From positions 18,778,876 through 18,842,875 of the forward strand of contig JAUZTB010000074.1 of the NCBI GenBank assembly GCA_034780895.1: 64,000 nt of DNA. Direction: 5' to 3'. Below are positions 1 to 13,066 of the stretch, in pieces. How positions within the stretch are numbered: the first letter of the stretch is position 1; every line of letters begins with the position of its first letter. Made by a program: the position numbers and the translations under genes. Origin of the DNA: Rhynchobatus australiae (Eukaryota). The notes beneath the pieces were generated by a model. It ran no database searches. It was not told where the DNA came from and saw nothing but the letters and a program-made list of their open reading frames with translations.

Positions 1-2814
1 TGTTAACATATGAATATGTGTAAATATTGAACTGCCATTTAATCAGGTAAATCAAACATCAGCAATTTTTAAAGGTTATATGAACCTTCCTAGTGTAGGC
101 CTTGTCTACTTTGATTGAGGAGGCTTTAATGAAGACAATTATTCCATTCTCACCTTCAAGATTGGCCAGATATGTTAGATAAGAAGGGATGCTAATTTTC
201 AAGCCATATTAACTAAAGGGAATTAAGCATTTCCTCATTTTGGATTCTGCATGAATTAGGCCAAAATTTGGAATTAACACATCAAGGGAATTATGTGTTA
301 ATTTTTTTATCTGATTAAATGTAAGCCAGAGGCACTAATTAAACAATGATACACATCCACTTGCATCCTGGTTTAAAGTGAGTCGAGGTAACATGCTGAT
401 ATTACTAACCATGTACAAACAATGTTCCAACCTAACTCATTAATGAAGAAGCATGATTAATTAAGTGAGAATATGGGACTCAAGTTATTAAGAATAGAGG
501 GAGTTTTCAGGCCAAAGAGACGTGGGTCCAAAAAAAGTAGGACCATAAAATTGTATTTGATGGAGAGGAATTAAGGTGCTTAGTTCAGCCTAGAGGGTCA
601 GTGGAAATTGTGGGAGAATGTAATAAGAGTGTCTTCTNNNNNNNNNNNNNNNNNNNNNNNNNNNNNNNNNNNNNNNNNNNNNNNNNNNNNNNNNNNNNNN
701 NNNNNNNNNNNNNNNNNNNNNNNATTAAGCAACTGAATTTGGTTAGCTTTAGACAAAGTAATACATTAACAGCACAAGAAATAAATGATAGTTTCCTGGT
801 TAAATGTGCATTTGGAGTATTGCTGAGTAATGTATGATGATTGGTTCAGTTTGCTCAATCCTATTTCCTGTCAGTTGCCCAGCTACTGAACTATTACCCT
901 AACATGTACTTCACTGGCTTGATTCATGATTGAAAAATTGCCAGAAGTCATACGCAGAATAGGATTTGAACAACTGTATCCAGCCTGTGTACACTCCTGT
1001 ACCGTGCCCATACCANNNNNNNNNNGGCGTGTTGACAAGACAATTAGGTGATTAATTTCCTGCTGAGTACAATTTTTAAATCGATTATACTTGTTTAATC
1101 AGTGCAATGCTAATCTCAATAAAATTGTTCAGAGGATGCATTTGTTAAGATCTACCCAGCAGGGTGATAACATTTATAATGTATCAGCTCCATTAACACC
1201 TTGAGTGACTTTAATTTGGTTTTCACAACTATATGTACATTATATTTAAAAAGATGGACATGCATAGAATTCTTTTGTATTCCTAATGTAAAATAGTATC
1301 AATGTTTTAATATTATGTTCACTGTGTAATCCATCACTGATTTAAGCTAATCAATCCTGTAATGCCTCCTGTTGTGGAAAAGGTTAAATGGTGAATTTTA
1401 AAGGGTTAATTTTACAACCTGCCACTAGAATCAGTGATACTGCTCATAAAGAAGAAGTTCCGTGTGCCCCACACCTAAAACAGTTTATCTGGTCACTTAT
1501 TGCTGTTTGGGGACATTGGTTGCGAAGTGATGTGCGATATCCTCAGATTGTGAATGGCACTATATAAGTACAAATCATCTACACACACATATCTTGCTGA
1601 GCAATGATTCTATGAGGAAGTGGTAAAACTGCAGTGCAGATATTGGTTCTTGACTGATTTTTCTAAATGTGCATTTGGATGATGAATCCGAACTGAAGTC
1701 TGCTCCTGAAATTCAGGTCCATGTGTGACTGAGAATGAATTTCTATTTGCTGTGCTTCAGCCCAGACAGGATGATAGTGCCTGAGGCACTGTTATTGCTA
1801 TCAATAGCAAGTATCAATGTCGACTTATCTACCACTTCTCTACATTTGTACTAAAATACCCCTTCCCAAAGTAAGCTAATATCTCAAATCATGTTGAATT
1901 TTTGAGTATTTTAGAACAGCAATTGACTAAAATTTGCAACAATTTGAATATAAAATACCCTGTGGTGCATCTTTCTGGGGATGGTAGAACAGGAGGATCC
2001 ATGATGGATGGATAACTATAAAGGGCATATGTGGGAACAGCAAGTAATTATGGAGAAATATTTATGAGGAGATGGATGTGGAGCAGAATATCATTGGCAG
2101 GGATACCTCAAACACCAGGAAGTCCTGGCTTCTGAATTTAATGACAGAATATAAATGGATTTCATGACCTTTTTGTCCAGCAGCTGGTCAAAATTCAAAG
2201 CAAAACTGACTTTTAGGTGGGAAAGTCTGTGGCCGAAAATAGCAGGTGGGAACCCAAGCTGAGAAGGGTTTCACGTATTGTGCTTGGTGGAGAGGAAGTG
2301 AGAGGTGGTGCTTGAACCAAGGTGGAGAAAAGGTTAAGTGAGGTTGTAGGAAAAGGNNNNNNNNNNNNNNNNNNNNNNNNNNNNNNNNNNNNNNNNNNNN
2401 NNNNNNNNNNNNNNNNNNNNNNNNNNNNNNNNNNNNNNNNNNNNNNNNNNNNNNNNNNNNNNNNNNNNNNNNNNNNNNNNNNNNNNNNNNNNNNNNNNNN
2501 NNNNNNNNNNNNNNNNNNNNNNNNNNNNNNNNNNNNNNNNNNNNNNNNNNNNNNNNNNNNNNNNNNNNNNNNNNNNNNNNNNNNNNNNNNNNNNNNNNNN
2601 NNNNNNNNNNNNNNNNNNNNNNNNNNNNNNNNNNNNNNNNNNNNNNNNNNNNNNNNNNNNNNNNNNNNNNNNNNNNNNNNNNNNNNNNNNNNNNNNNNNN
2701 NNNNNNNNNNNNNNNNNNNNNNNNNNNNNNNNNNNNNNNNNNNNNNNNNNNNNNNNNNNNNNNNTGTTAATCCTATTTTTTTATTCTGTCCACATACTCA
2801 TGAACTCAAATTTT

Positions 2815-3021
2815 ACCATTTACCTATATACAATTGACAGCAGCCAAATAACCTACCAACCCACACATCTTCGGGACGTGGGAAGAAATCCGAGCACCCG
2901 GAGGAAACCCACGTGATCACAGCGAGAATGCGTAAATTCCACACGGGCAGCACCAAATGTCAGAATTGAACCCCAGTCTTTGGTGCTGTGAGGCAATGAC
3001 TCTACCAGCTGCAACACTGCC
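2815..3021 (-). mobile_element. tRNA-derived V-SINE (HE1-like elasmobranch SINE)
   Basis: Reverse complement reads GGCAGTGTTGCAGCTGGTAGAG (A-box-like)...GGGGTTCAATTC (B-box-like)...GTGGGTTTCCTCCGGGTGCTCGGATTTCTTCCCAC, the conserved V-SINE central domain. Confidence 0.85.
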
Positions 3022-4150
3022 TTATCCCTTTTGATCTTCCACCTTTTGCAAAGAGATTTATGTTCATGGTCAAGGAGATAGATTTTGGGAAGGTTCTTAT
3101 GTTATCATTAGGAAAGTGAATCAGTATTTACCCTGAAGTGTTGAGCAAAAATTTGTTTGAAAACATTCGCACTGCAAGTTTATGAGAACTTAATTATTTC
3201 CCTATTAACTCTGGCCTTTAACCAACAAGGATAAAGTTAGGCAAGAATTAGATAAAGCTTGTAGATTCATCAGTTTCTTTTTCTTTGATTTTTGAAAAAA
3301 ATTGTTCATAAATTGCCCAAAGTAGTTCTCAGTATGAAAATTATTCATTGGAATTATTTTGTGTTTTATAGTCTTTAAAAAGAAATACAGGGCAGGTCAA
3401 ATACTGGTAAAAATGGCTTATCAAAANNNNNNNNNNNNNNNNNNNNNNNNNNNNNNNNNNNNNNNNNNNNNNNNNNNNNNNNNNNNNNNNNNNNNNNNNN
3501 NNNNNNNNNNNNNNNNNNNNNNNNNNAAATACTGGTAAAAATGGCTTATCAAAACATCAGGCACAACCCCTTCAAGGGTTCGAGGGACAGAGGATGACGC
3601 TTTAATGTAAATGCCCGTGGCTTATATCCATATCACCAGGAGTGTACCTTCTTTTTCAGTGCAATTAAGGCTGGGTGTTAAATGTCAACTTTCCTGGTAA
3701 CATCCGCAAACTGACATTGAATAAACAGAAACTCAGTTCTAATTGGGATGAGAAGAACTTTGGACCTTACAAAACCATAAGTAATTCTGGCATAAGACCA
3801 GGGCTCTGACATATTTAGTATTGACTTCATCCATAGTTTATTGTTGCATTCCCAATGAAAGAGATCATAAAGATTCTATATTCATTCACATACTGCATTA
3901 TGTTTGGAAAAGAGGGGTGAGCTATTATTAATATTCAATAATAATAAAATTATTATCAATATCATTGTGAAAATATGGACGTAAACCATGATCTAATATT
4001 ATAATTATATTGAAAGGGAATGATTCATTAAATTTAGCTCTGCTGATATTTTCATATCTGCACAAATAGGCAGAACATTTTATAACCAATGTATAATCTT
4101 GTACATCCATTCCCACAGCGAAGAAATACACACTCCATGGATTGCTTTAA

Positions 4151-4920
4151 CAGAAAATGCTGGAGGTGTTCCTCAGTTCAGGTAGCATCATGGAGATAGA
4201 AACAGAGTTAATGTTTCAGGTCAATGACCTTTCAGCTGAACTGGAAGAATAAGGAAGGAAACAAGTTCTGAGTTGCAGAGAAGGAAGAGGCGTGGAGAGA
4301 ATGGAAGTGGGTGGAGATCAAAATCTAGATGCACAAAAGGTGTTGGCTTTGTCTGAAAGAGGGTGGTGAAAATGAGTTAATCACAGCTAATCTGTCTGGT
4401 GGGGATGCAAATAAAGGGCCATGAGTGAGGCGGCAGGGGAAAAAAAATAGACAAACAATGCAAATCGTAACAGGTGATGGAAATCTGAAATGAAAGGGAA
4501 TATTGGAAATAGTCAACAGGTCAGGTAGCATTTGCAGAGAGAGATAAACTGAGATCATGTGACAGGTTGGTGACCAGCTCTGACAGAATCAGGAAAAGCT
4601 GGACATCAGGAATCATTGAATTCACTATTGAATCCCAAAGGTTGCAACTCATTTTCTGTTTTTATTTCAGATTTACAACATTTGCAGTTTTGTTTTGGCT
4701 TTTGATAATCATGTTTCTGCCACCTATTTTATGTTTCTCTCACCTTTCCATTCTGCTTTCTGGCCATTACATTCTAATTCCAAACCATTGGACCATCACT
4801 TCAATTACATCAATGAACTCGATAGTTGTATGTCTCTATCAGTTTAAATTCTTGTTTTACTCTTGCTTCTCTTGTATCTCTTGTGATACAGAAGAGCCCA
4901 GTCATGACTAATACTAACTT
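4151..4920. mobile_element. Cluster of Penelope-like terminal repeat copies: two tandem minus-strand copies (about 4151-4245, 4465-4592) and plus-strand remnants (4650-4920)
   Basis: Same motif (ctgatga-aaggtc-nnn-gacct-gaaacgttaactctgtttctctctccacagatgctgcctgacctgctgag...ttccagcattttctgtttttatttcagattt) recurs across the window; purine-rich spacer separates the tandem copies. Confidence 0.7.
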
Positions 4921-5644
4921 CTTTTACTTCTTGTGATATTTTATCACATTCTTATTTTTCACCTAGAAATAACTTAACAACTTAAGACTGAAGGAAAGAG
5001 AAGTTACAAATGTTTTGCAGATGCCCACACACTACCCTCACCACACCAGACCCCAACCACTTTTGAAAGCAAATTTGGCATTCATGGAAATATAAAGTGA
5101 GATCATCTCCACCTAGAGATCACATCCATCTTCTCTGCAAAACCAGGTGAGGTCCTCACTCCAGAAGTCAATTACAGCTTTAGGCTCACTGAAAGTGAAA
5201 AGTTATATACTTGACTGCTAAAGTCTTAGTACAGGAAACAAAAAAAAATCAGCCTTGTATTATAAACGTGTCAATTAGATTAGTTTAATAGCAGCTGAGT
5301 TTAAGTATAACTGCCTTGCACAACATATTATTCTAAATGTGTGCAATCATTTCCATAACCATTCTTAAATTGATCATGTGCACTTACCTACTCTATTTCA
5401 CTCCATGATATTTTTCCCTGGGTATCCCTCATTCTCCCCTGATTGTCTTGTCTTCCATTTGGAAATCTTTCCTTCAGTATTTAACATTGGTTATTAGAAT
5501 AAGGAAAAAAGAATGAGGCATCTCATCCCTTGCATGTTAAACTGTAAATACATGTAATCATTTTACATATTATAGCAAGGGTACAACATATTTAAGTCTT
5601 TCTTTCTTATAACTTTAAAAAAATACAAAGAAAATACTTCATCA

Positions 5645-5920
5645 GCAATAAGTACTTCTGAAGTCTAGTAATGTAGGAAAAGTATTAGTCAATTTGTACA
5701 GACCAAGGCCCTATGAACAGTAATGCAATGATGATTTGGTAATCTGCTTTTTAAACAATGTTAGTTGAGGGAAATACCAAAGTGGAGAATTCTGCTGTTC
5801 TTTGAATAATGACATGGGATCTTTAACATCTACCTGAGAGAGATGACAGGTTCTTGGTGTAACATCTGCTCCTAAAGTCCACCCTCCCCCCAACAGTGCA
5901 GTGCTCTCTCAGTACCATAT
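5645..5920 (-). mobile_element. Deu-domain SINE fragment (SacSINE1/AmnSINE1-like)
   Basis: Plus strand CATGGGATCTTTAACATCTACCTGAGAG...AACAGTGCAGTGCTCTCTCAGTAC is the reverse complement of the Deu core (…AAAGATCCCATGGCAC…); similar to 61530-61745. Confidence 0.6.
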
Positions 5921-7249
5921 ATACTGTCTGTTGCTTTTTGGATTTCTCACTCCTGCTGGCTTTTTGGCTGCCAATGCCCCTGTCACTAAAGCTTTTAAAT
6001 TACATAATATGGAAAAACAGTAGACTTTAAAAAGTTTGTGATATAATTTATCCTAAGAGGGTAACAGAGAGTCTTTTATACATGTGGTATTGAAGGCAGC
6101 ATGGATGGACTGAATGCACCCAAACACTTTTCAATCACGCTCCTAGGAGAGGACAATAAATAAGCTTGAAGATGATCAATCCAAACTAATGTTATACATT
6201 TGCAGGTATAAATCACAATTGATCAACATGGCTTGATTTGGCAAAGCAGATAGTGATTCCAGAATGTATGAATTGGTGGAACCTCCAAATTACTGGAAAT
6301 AAATGTAGAGACAATCATATGGAATTGAGAAAGAGAAAGGGCATGTATAATTTGAAAGGCGTTCAGTGATTAAGTTGCAAAGAAAAAGAAAGAAAGAGTG
6401 GAAGGGAAGAAGAAAGGGAGAGAAATAAAGAAAAATGGAAAGAAAAAGTAAATGAAGTATAATGCAGTCAAGTTAAACAATTGTTACTTGTTATAACATC
6501 ATTCCTTACACATATTCTTGAAAGTTTAAAAGGATACATAGACACAGTGGTTAGAATTAGGATTAAAGGAATACAATGTGGCAGCTTGTCAAACTTCATG
6601 TAAATTCATGTTTAAGGCTAATTTTCCTGAAGCCAGCTCTATCAGGATTCTGAGTCAGTTTAGCATTATAAGGTATCATCATTTCAAATGAAGGATCATT
6701 GGAGACATATTTATCACGATGTGGGCTGCTTAGCAATTCACCAGACATAGCAAATGGCCCCCACCGTCTGTACCCTTTGTGGGTTCTCAGTCAGTACTAT
6801 GCAGACAGTGGGATGTAATACACAGAGCACTCTGAAAGGTTATTTGAGATTCTTTTTGACTTCCGTGACTGTATTATTGCTGCTTGCGTTGACCTTGTTG
6901 GTGCTGCATCCATTTCAGGACTGTTAAAGGAGATTTCTTTGTTCTCTTCATTTATGTTTCATGTCAAATCTTCATCAGCCAAAGTAAGGCACACTTCTGG
7001 AGGACTCTTAAACATTGTCTTCCTCAGTACTTTCTTGATTATCTTGCAATGAGATGAAGTGATCATGTGAACTTTTCTAAATCTCTCACCAACTTTCATG
7101 AACTAACGCTTGGAAACGTATATCTCCACAACTTCTCCAACACGCTAAGTTCTCATCCCTAAACTGCCTGGTGCTCTCTGCATGTGAATCTTATTATGTA
7201 ATCTGAATTTTCTAAAGTTGGAGCATTTGTCATGATAATTGGGTCATTT

Positions 7250-7460
7250 CTACTGCCTTGCTTCCATATTCCCTTCCACCCGGGGTCATGCTGTTGGTGA
7301 CTGTGATCAACAGTTTTGGAATACTGTGGACTTGCTGGCTAGCTCTTCCAGATGCTTGTCTATATCAGGCAGATACCATTTCTCTCTTGCCTTCAATTTT
7401 GATTGTATTGTTTATCCTGATAAAGGGCTCTCACACTTTATAACAGGATGCAAGGTTACT
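7250..7460 (-). pseudogene. Decayed Ty3/Gypsy integrase zinc-binding (HHCC) region
   Basis: Minus-strand translation from 7399: KLKAREKWYLPDIDKHLEELASKSTVFQN, resembling the K.KARE..YWP.ID..IE.LV..C..CQ integrase motif; Cys residues lost, stops nearby. Confidence 0.5.
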
Positions 7461-10400
7461 GAAAGAGTTATTTTTACAGTCTGCTGACTTCTTCAGCAGC
7501 CCTGCTTTAACAACTGAGCATCCTGACTTGACAATCCGAGACACAAGCCTTTACTTCTTCCGTGCTTAAGTCTGCACTTGAGTCCTATGGCTTCCGATCT
7601 TCACCTTGAAATTACTTAGACTCACCCAACAAACGTGAGTGTGTAGCCCCTTGATGCTTTCAATGACTTCACAACTTCAGGAAACTTTCTTTCTGATCCT
7701 TGCTGTCTGTTTGATGGCTATAAACTTTATTGAGTCTTATTACAGTAAGGTGAATAATGTATGGAGTATCATGAAGGAAACATAATGGTCTATTTAAGGT
7801 TGTTCTTAGGCCGCATACCTGCACACATGATGTACAACATGATCAAATATGTTGCAAATGACATTGCACTTATTGAATATATTATAACTCATNNNNNNNN
7901 NNNNNNNNNNNNNNNNNNNNNNNNNNNNNNNNNNNNNNNNNNNNNNNNNNNACATCGTACAATCATCAGAGAAGGTCTCCACTTCTAACCTTGCGATGGA
8001 AGGAAGTTACACATTTTATTATGACTTCCATGGAGCTACTCCATAGATATAATGAGTGAGTTTGTTTCCACAAGTAAGTAAGATCTAAGTAAGTAAGGGA
8101 TCCAGATCTGTTTCATGTTGCAATATTGATTTGCCACAGTGGTAAACAATCCTAACCAACGCGTTATTTCAAAAGAAAAAGCTGCTCACCACTCTAAACG
8201 TAGCTATGACCTCTGGCAATGAACATCTGACATCTCCATGTCCCAAATCACTGAGTTTCTTCCACCCATCTAAACTGGGTTTCCTGTTCTCTCTGTGATT
8301 CTCAAGTCCTGAACTCCAGTTCCCCCACCCCTTGAACTTTATCCCTTGACCTCTCCTAAGCCCTGACTGAAGCTTCTGTTGACATTCAGTTACCCCCATT
8401 CCTCACAATTGTCCCCATCTACTTACCTGCATACTTTCATTCTACACTGGTGTCTTTATTATGATAAGATCCAAACTCAGTGTCATTTGTCATGCTGATC
8501 CCAAAACTAAGTCCAAAGGGACATAACAGCTCAGATGTGGTAACCCACCCAATGCTAAATTTCTGCAATGGGTACAAACCATGTTGCCCAGAAGCACACG
8601 TCTCTGTCTGAATGAGAACAAGGGGTTTAGACCACCAATGCTGCAGAGTGGATGCTCCACACAAGAGTCACAGGATAGGCACTGGCTTGGAGTGGCAGCC
8701 ATGAAGAATTTTAAGAAAAGCGAGGACATGAAAAGGCACGTGAACTGCTAGTTTTAATGGATGGCTATTTTTAAGGATGTAGCTCAGTATTAGGATTTAA
8801 CGAAATTAATCCTGAAAACTTTATTCTCTATTAAAGTTATTTTCTATTGGAAATGTGTGCATTATTATAGTGGAGTAAGTCAATGTGAAGAAGAAAGAAG
8901 ATATCTTAACATCAAAGCATTGTCCATCCATATACAGGGACAGGATAGTTAATCAGTTGAAGATAGAGGGGGAGAATTCTACTATTGACTCACACCAGAA
9001 GCTCAGACTGTTCAAATATACACTCCCAATCTACACTTTTACATGGATCAAAGTTAAGATAGTGAAAACATGGATTGTGTGTGCCTTGCCCAGATATTTG
9101 CTCCCACATTGCACCAACAAGTAACAGAAGGGGATTTTTACCCAGAATTACCAATTCCTGGAAATGTTTTCATAAGTTGGATGTTCACAACAAATTTCAC
9201 TTTGACCGAACTTTATTTCCCTGTCAGACCATGGTATCAATGGCCAGTCAAACAATCCAGCATTAACGTTGGCCACTCTTTACATTAACTAGTGGCTAGT
9301 TGAGGTGGCACACAGAAGACAAAGTACCCACAAAAATTGGCCAATGTCTTATTGTATACGAAGAGATATGTGACAGAAAACAATCCACAACTTATTAAAT
9401 GACTTTCTGATGCATTAAGAGCAATGCATTAATTCTTAGTGGTCTTTTTGGATGTCTAGTAGATGGGCAATGACCAAAGAAGCTTGATCAGAAAAATCAC
9501 TGTAAGAAGGTGGTAGAATTTACACTTAAGAAAGATCACTTGATCACCTAATGGATCAGGCTCAGGGAAATCCAGAGTGTATAGTGGTGCCAGAATTTCA
9601 GGATGGGCAGCAACAGACAAATACAACAAATAACATGAATGAGGGGACATAGTAANNNNNNNNNNNNNNNNNNNNNNNNNNNNNNNNNNNNNNNNNNNNN
9701 NNNNNNNNNNNNNNNNNNNNNNNNNNNNNNNNNNNNNNNNNNNNNNNNNNNNNNNGGGGACATAGTAATTAATAATATCCTTATATCATGTGAGATACAG
9801 GGAATAATGTGAATACAGCACAGGTTTTCCAAAGGGCAAAATTCAGAGGTTATCCATTTAACACTGTGGAAGATCATAGGACCATTCTACATGTCCTAGA
9901 TTCTGATTGAATCAACTAAGCTTAACTTAATGATTTCTCTCTGTACATGGGATATCGGCACCATTCGCCAAGTGAATGTTCAAGTACCTAATACCTTATA
10001 TGAAGGAAAAGTACAGAAGGTTCTACATCTGGAATAGAAGATCCTTAATGCCTCAGTGACTATTTACTGTGGTGATTGTTGCTGAGATAATAAGCCTCTC
10101 ATATGTGCAGTTTACAAGACCTTAAAAGCTTCAGTGGAATTCACTCTTTGTTATGCACGGACCTTATCATTGTGACCTTTGAATACTCTGTTGATTGTCA
10201 CAGCGCAGCTGCCTTCTGCATTTTCTGTACCATCAAGGTTGTATTGGCTAAAAAGTCACCAATTTCACGATGAAAACTGCATGAGCCCCGGCATGAATTT
10301 GGACCAGAAGACAGTCAGGAATGATATCATTCTGCACAGAAGAAGAAACACTTCTATCGAGAAGTGGACAATTACTTAGCCCTTGTCACAGATGAATGAT

Positions 10401-11859
10401 GATAAATTTTGAAGAAAGGCTTAACAGTAAAAGCAAAAAAATTGTCATTGTTAAGTACCCAAGAACCTATTCCTTGGTTATAGCATTGATAGTGGAGGAA
10501 CACAAACCTGAGGAGGTGAAAATTAGTGTAATTTTTCAAAATTCTCACATTATGAGTTGAGCTTGTGCTGTTGGCTAATAGAAAATTTATTTGTTGTTAA
10601 AGTAACCAGAAAAGCAATCCCAAATCGCATGATGAAATCAGTGTAAATTATCCTCCAGAAATTCCATGATCAGTGATTGAAACATTGGTTAAGACAATGG
10701 AGAGTATTCAATTACATTTTGCCATATACATAGGCCTCCAGTTGAGCTAAATTAGATAAAATGTTGATTTGTCTTCCAGATTTTCAATATTAATTGAACA
10801 AGAATAGCAAAAGGTAACACAGATGAGATATTGTGGCAGAATACATTTGCAGCATTAATTAATATAAGCAAGATGTGATTAGGACCCTTCAGAGATTTTA
10901 ATATTTGGAATGGTTGGGGGGGTACAATGAAGCCATAATTTTTTTAAAATTAAAGCAACATTGACCTTTTTCTGAAAGTATGAACATTTTTCTGGAACTA
11001 GATCAGTTTGGCTTGCTAAATTGGTAATGAGCACATCAATGTAACTAACAGGTGTTTCCTGTAATCTTGAATGTTAATGGCTTGTCCATTGTCCATGACT
11101 GGTTACACCTTACCTTACAAAATCGTTTGTCTCAAAACCTTTTAATGGGTTTGGACTTTAACAGATGTGCATATAGTTTCCTGTTAATTAAGTTATGGAA
11201 TAGCTGTCGGGCTAACATAATATTTACCATTTTAATATATTGAGCTGAGTTGAAGTCTTAATTTGGAAGGATAGATTCAGTTAAAAGAAGACAATTTATT
11301 CAGTTCAACAGTCTCCCCTGACTTCTAAGCCTAATAATTAGGTTGTAAATCATTTGGTACTTTCTGATCCAGTTTGGACCTTACAAGGAGTAGATCACAC
11401 TGGATATCATTTCCAGGTGTATTTGCACCAGAGCCAAAATTGGACTGGCCACTTCAGTGCACTNNNNNNNNNNNNNNNNNNNNNNNNNNNNNNNNNNNNN
11501 NNNNNNNNNNNNNNNNNNNNNNNNNNNNNNNNNNNNNNNNNNNNNNNNNNNNNNNNNNNNNNNTGGACTGGCCACTTCAGTGCACTATTCACATTAATGC
11601 ACCTAATGTTTTCCTGGTGTCAGACTTGAACAAATATCATTATTTATGTACTGCACATTTCTACCCATATTGACATAAATTGGAGCGGAAAGCTTCATAC
11701 TACAACTGTGGGGGAACATTCTCAGTAGAACTGGGAGCACGTTGCGGTAGGTTGTTGCTTTTTACATTATTTAAAGGGACAGTATTGCTGACAAAGGAAG
11801 ACCTGAATGAGCACCTTCAGAAGTGGCTGCAAGCTGGTCACACATCTTCCCAGGGTGTG

Positions 11860-12468
11860 CTTATACTAACAGGGAATGCCTTTCAGTATTTAACTGCTGA
11901 GATACTCATTTGTTTGATTCTTCAGTATTGTCACTGCTTTTGGTATACTGCATTTGGAGTCACATGTACAATGTTGTTTTCCTTGTTTAAGGAAGGGTGC
12001 TAATGCATTGGAAGCTGTTCAGAAAAACCTTATCTATTTAATACCTAGAATATGTGGGTTTCCTTATGAGTGACAGACAAGGTTTGTGATATGCTGGAGT
12101 TCAGAAGAGTGAGAGATGACCTGATTTAAACATGTAAAATACTGAGGGGTCTTGACAGGGTGGGAGTGGTGGTAATGTGTGCAGTGAATCTAAAACAAAG
12201 GGTCACCATTTAAAAATAAAAGGAACATTCATTAAGTGAGAAATGAGGTTTTCTTTCAATGTGTTGTGGATCTTTTAATACTCTTCTTTGAAGGGTGGTG
12301 GAGGCAAATGTGGATAAGTACCCAAAAAAGCAAGGGAGTGTTACCATGAGTAGCCAAGAATGCAGAGATGACATTACAAGCAGATCAAATATGATCTTAC
12401 TAAGTAGTGGAATAGGCATGAGGGGCCAAGTAGACCAGTCCTGTGCCTAATGTGTATGCTTGTATGTA
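11860..12468 (+). mobile_element. Old CR1 LINE 3' fragment
   Basis: Degenerate ORF2 C-terminal motifs (GCATTGGAAGCTGTTCAGA = ALEAVQ; CTGGAGTTCAGAAGAGTGAGAGATGACCTGATT = LEFRRVRDDLI) followed by a CR1-type 3' UTR ending GAGGGGCCAAGTAGACCAGTCCTGTGCCTAATGTGTATGCTTGTATGT. Confidence 0.75.
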
Positions 12469-12539
12469 CCACTTCATTGTTAGAAGCTTCAGAATAGCTA
12501 CAGGATAGCCACTCGGGGTGGGTCAGGGACTTTGGGGCT

Positions 12540-13066
12540 GTATCCATAGACCTGCCCATCAACAGAAGTCCACTTCCACAGAATGTTCTGAGGCACACCA
12601 TCCCAACCTGGAGCTCTCTGATGAGCAATGTGTCAGGTGACTCAGGTTTGCTAAGGCTTTCACTGACTACTTGAAATGTTTCAGGAAGACATTTGCCTGC
12701 CATTGACTCTCAACTTCCTTGCCACAGAATCTGTCCAAGGAGCTGCAGCAGATCACTGCCATACCTCCTTATTGGATTATTGCAGAAGTCACCCAGGAAC
12801 TGTATTCATGGAGACATTGTTTCTTCTATCTTGATTTCAGTGAGCAATAGGTGACATCATGGACAGTGTTATTCATCAGCATTGCTGGCTTTCCACAAGC
12901 ATGGACAGCCATTGACTTCCATCATATGACCTTTAGAGTTCCCCTTAAAAACTCCAAAACTTTCAGGAAGAGAAAATGTTTCCATTTCCTCAGTATACAG
13001 GTCATCGTGAAACACAGGAAGAATGTCATTTTCCTAACATTTGTACCTACAAATGAGATTGAATGA
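12540..13066 (+). pseudogene. PIF/Harbinger DDE transposase fossil
   Basis: Frames give LELSDEQCVR*LRFAK, LNFLATESVQGAAAD, and ORF 12851-13066 SIAGFPQAWTAIDFHHM.FRVP...FRKRKCFHFLSIQVIVKHR, matching the Harbinger/HARBI1 motif IAGFP.VQGAIDCTHV..RAP...NRKGFHS.NVQ.VCDH. Confidence 0.8.

Noticed and set aside
2940-3021. tRNA gene
   Set aside because: The A/B-box-like head continues into a SINE V domain and has no intact cloverleaf
3399-3554. Direct repeats flanking 100-N gaps (also 9643/9756, 11441/11564, 27040/27152, 39412/39544, 57355/57487), superficially like TSDs or CRISPR repeats
   Set aside because: Each abuts a gap of exactly 100 N, so these are unmerged overlapping contig ends. The 39.4 kb pair differs by one base (A/C), consistent with a heterozygous site breaking the assembly
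6370-6455. GA-rich purine tract
   Set aside because: Low-complexity sequence with no regular period or other supporting feature
8430-10400. Possible RTE tail or integrase-like peptides (QDRHWLGVAA, LYFPVRPW)
   Set aside because: Similarity too weak to assign by eye; probably old repeat debris
12851-13066. Domesticated HARBI1 gene
   Set aside because: Stops and frameshifts upstream, degenerate catalytic-region residues and several similar fossils nearby indicate dead transposons
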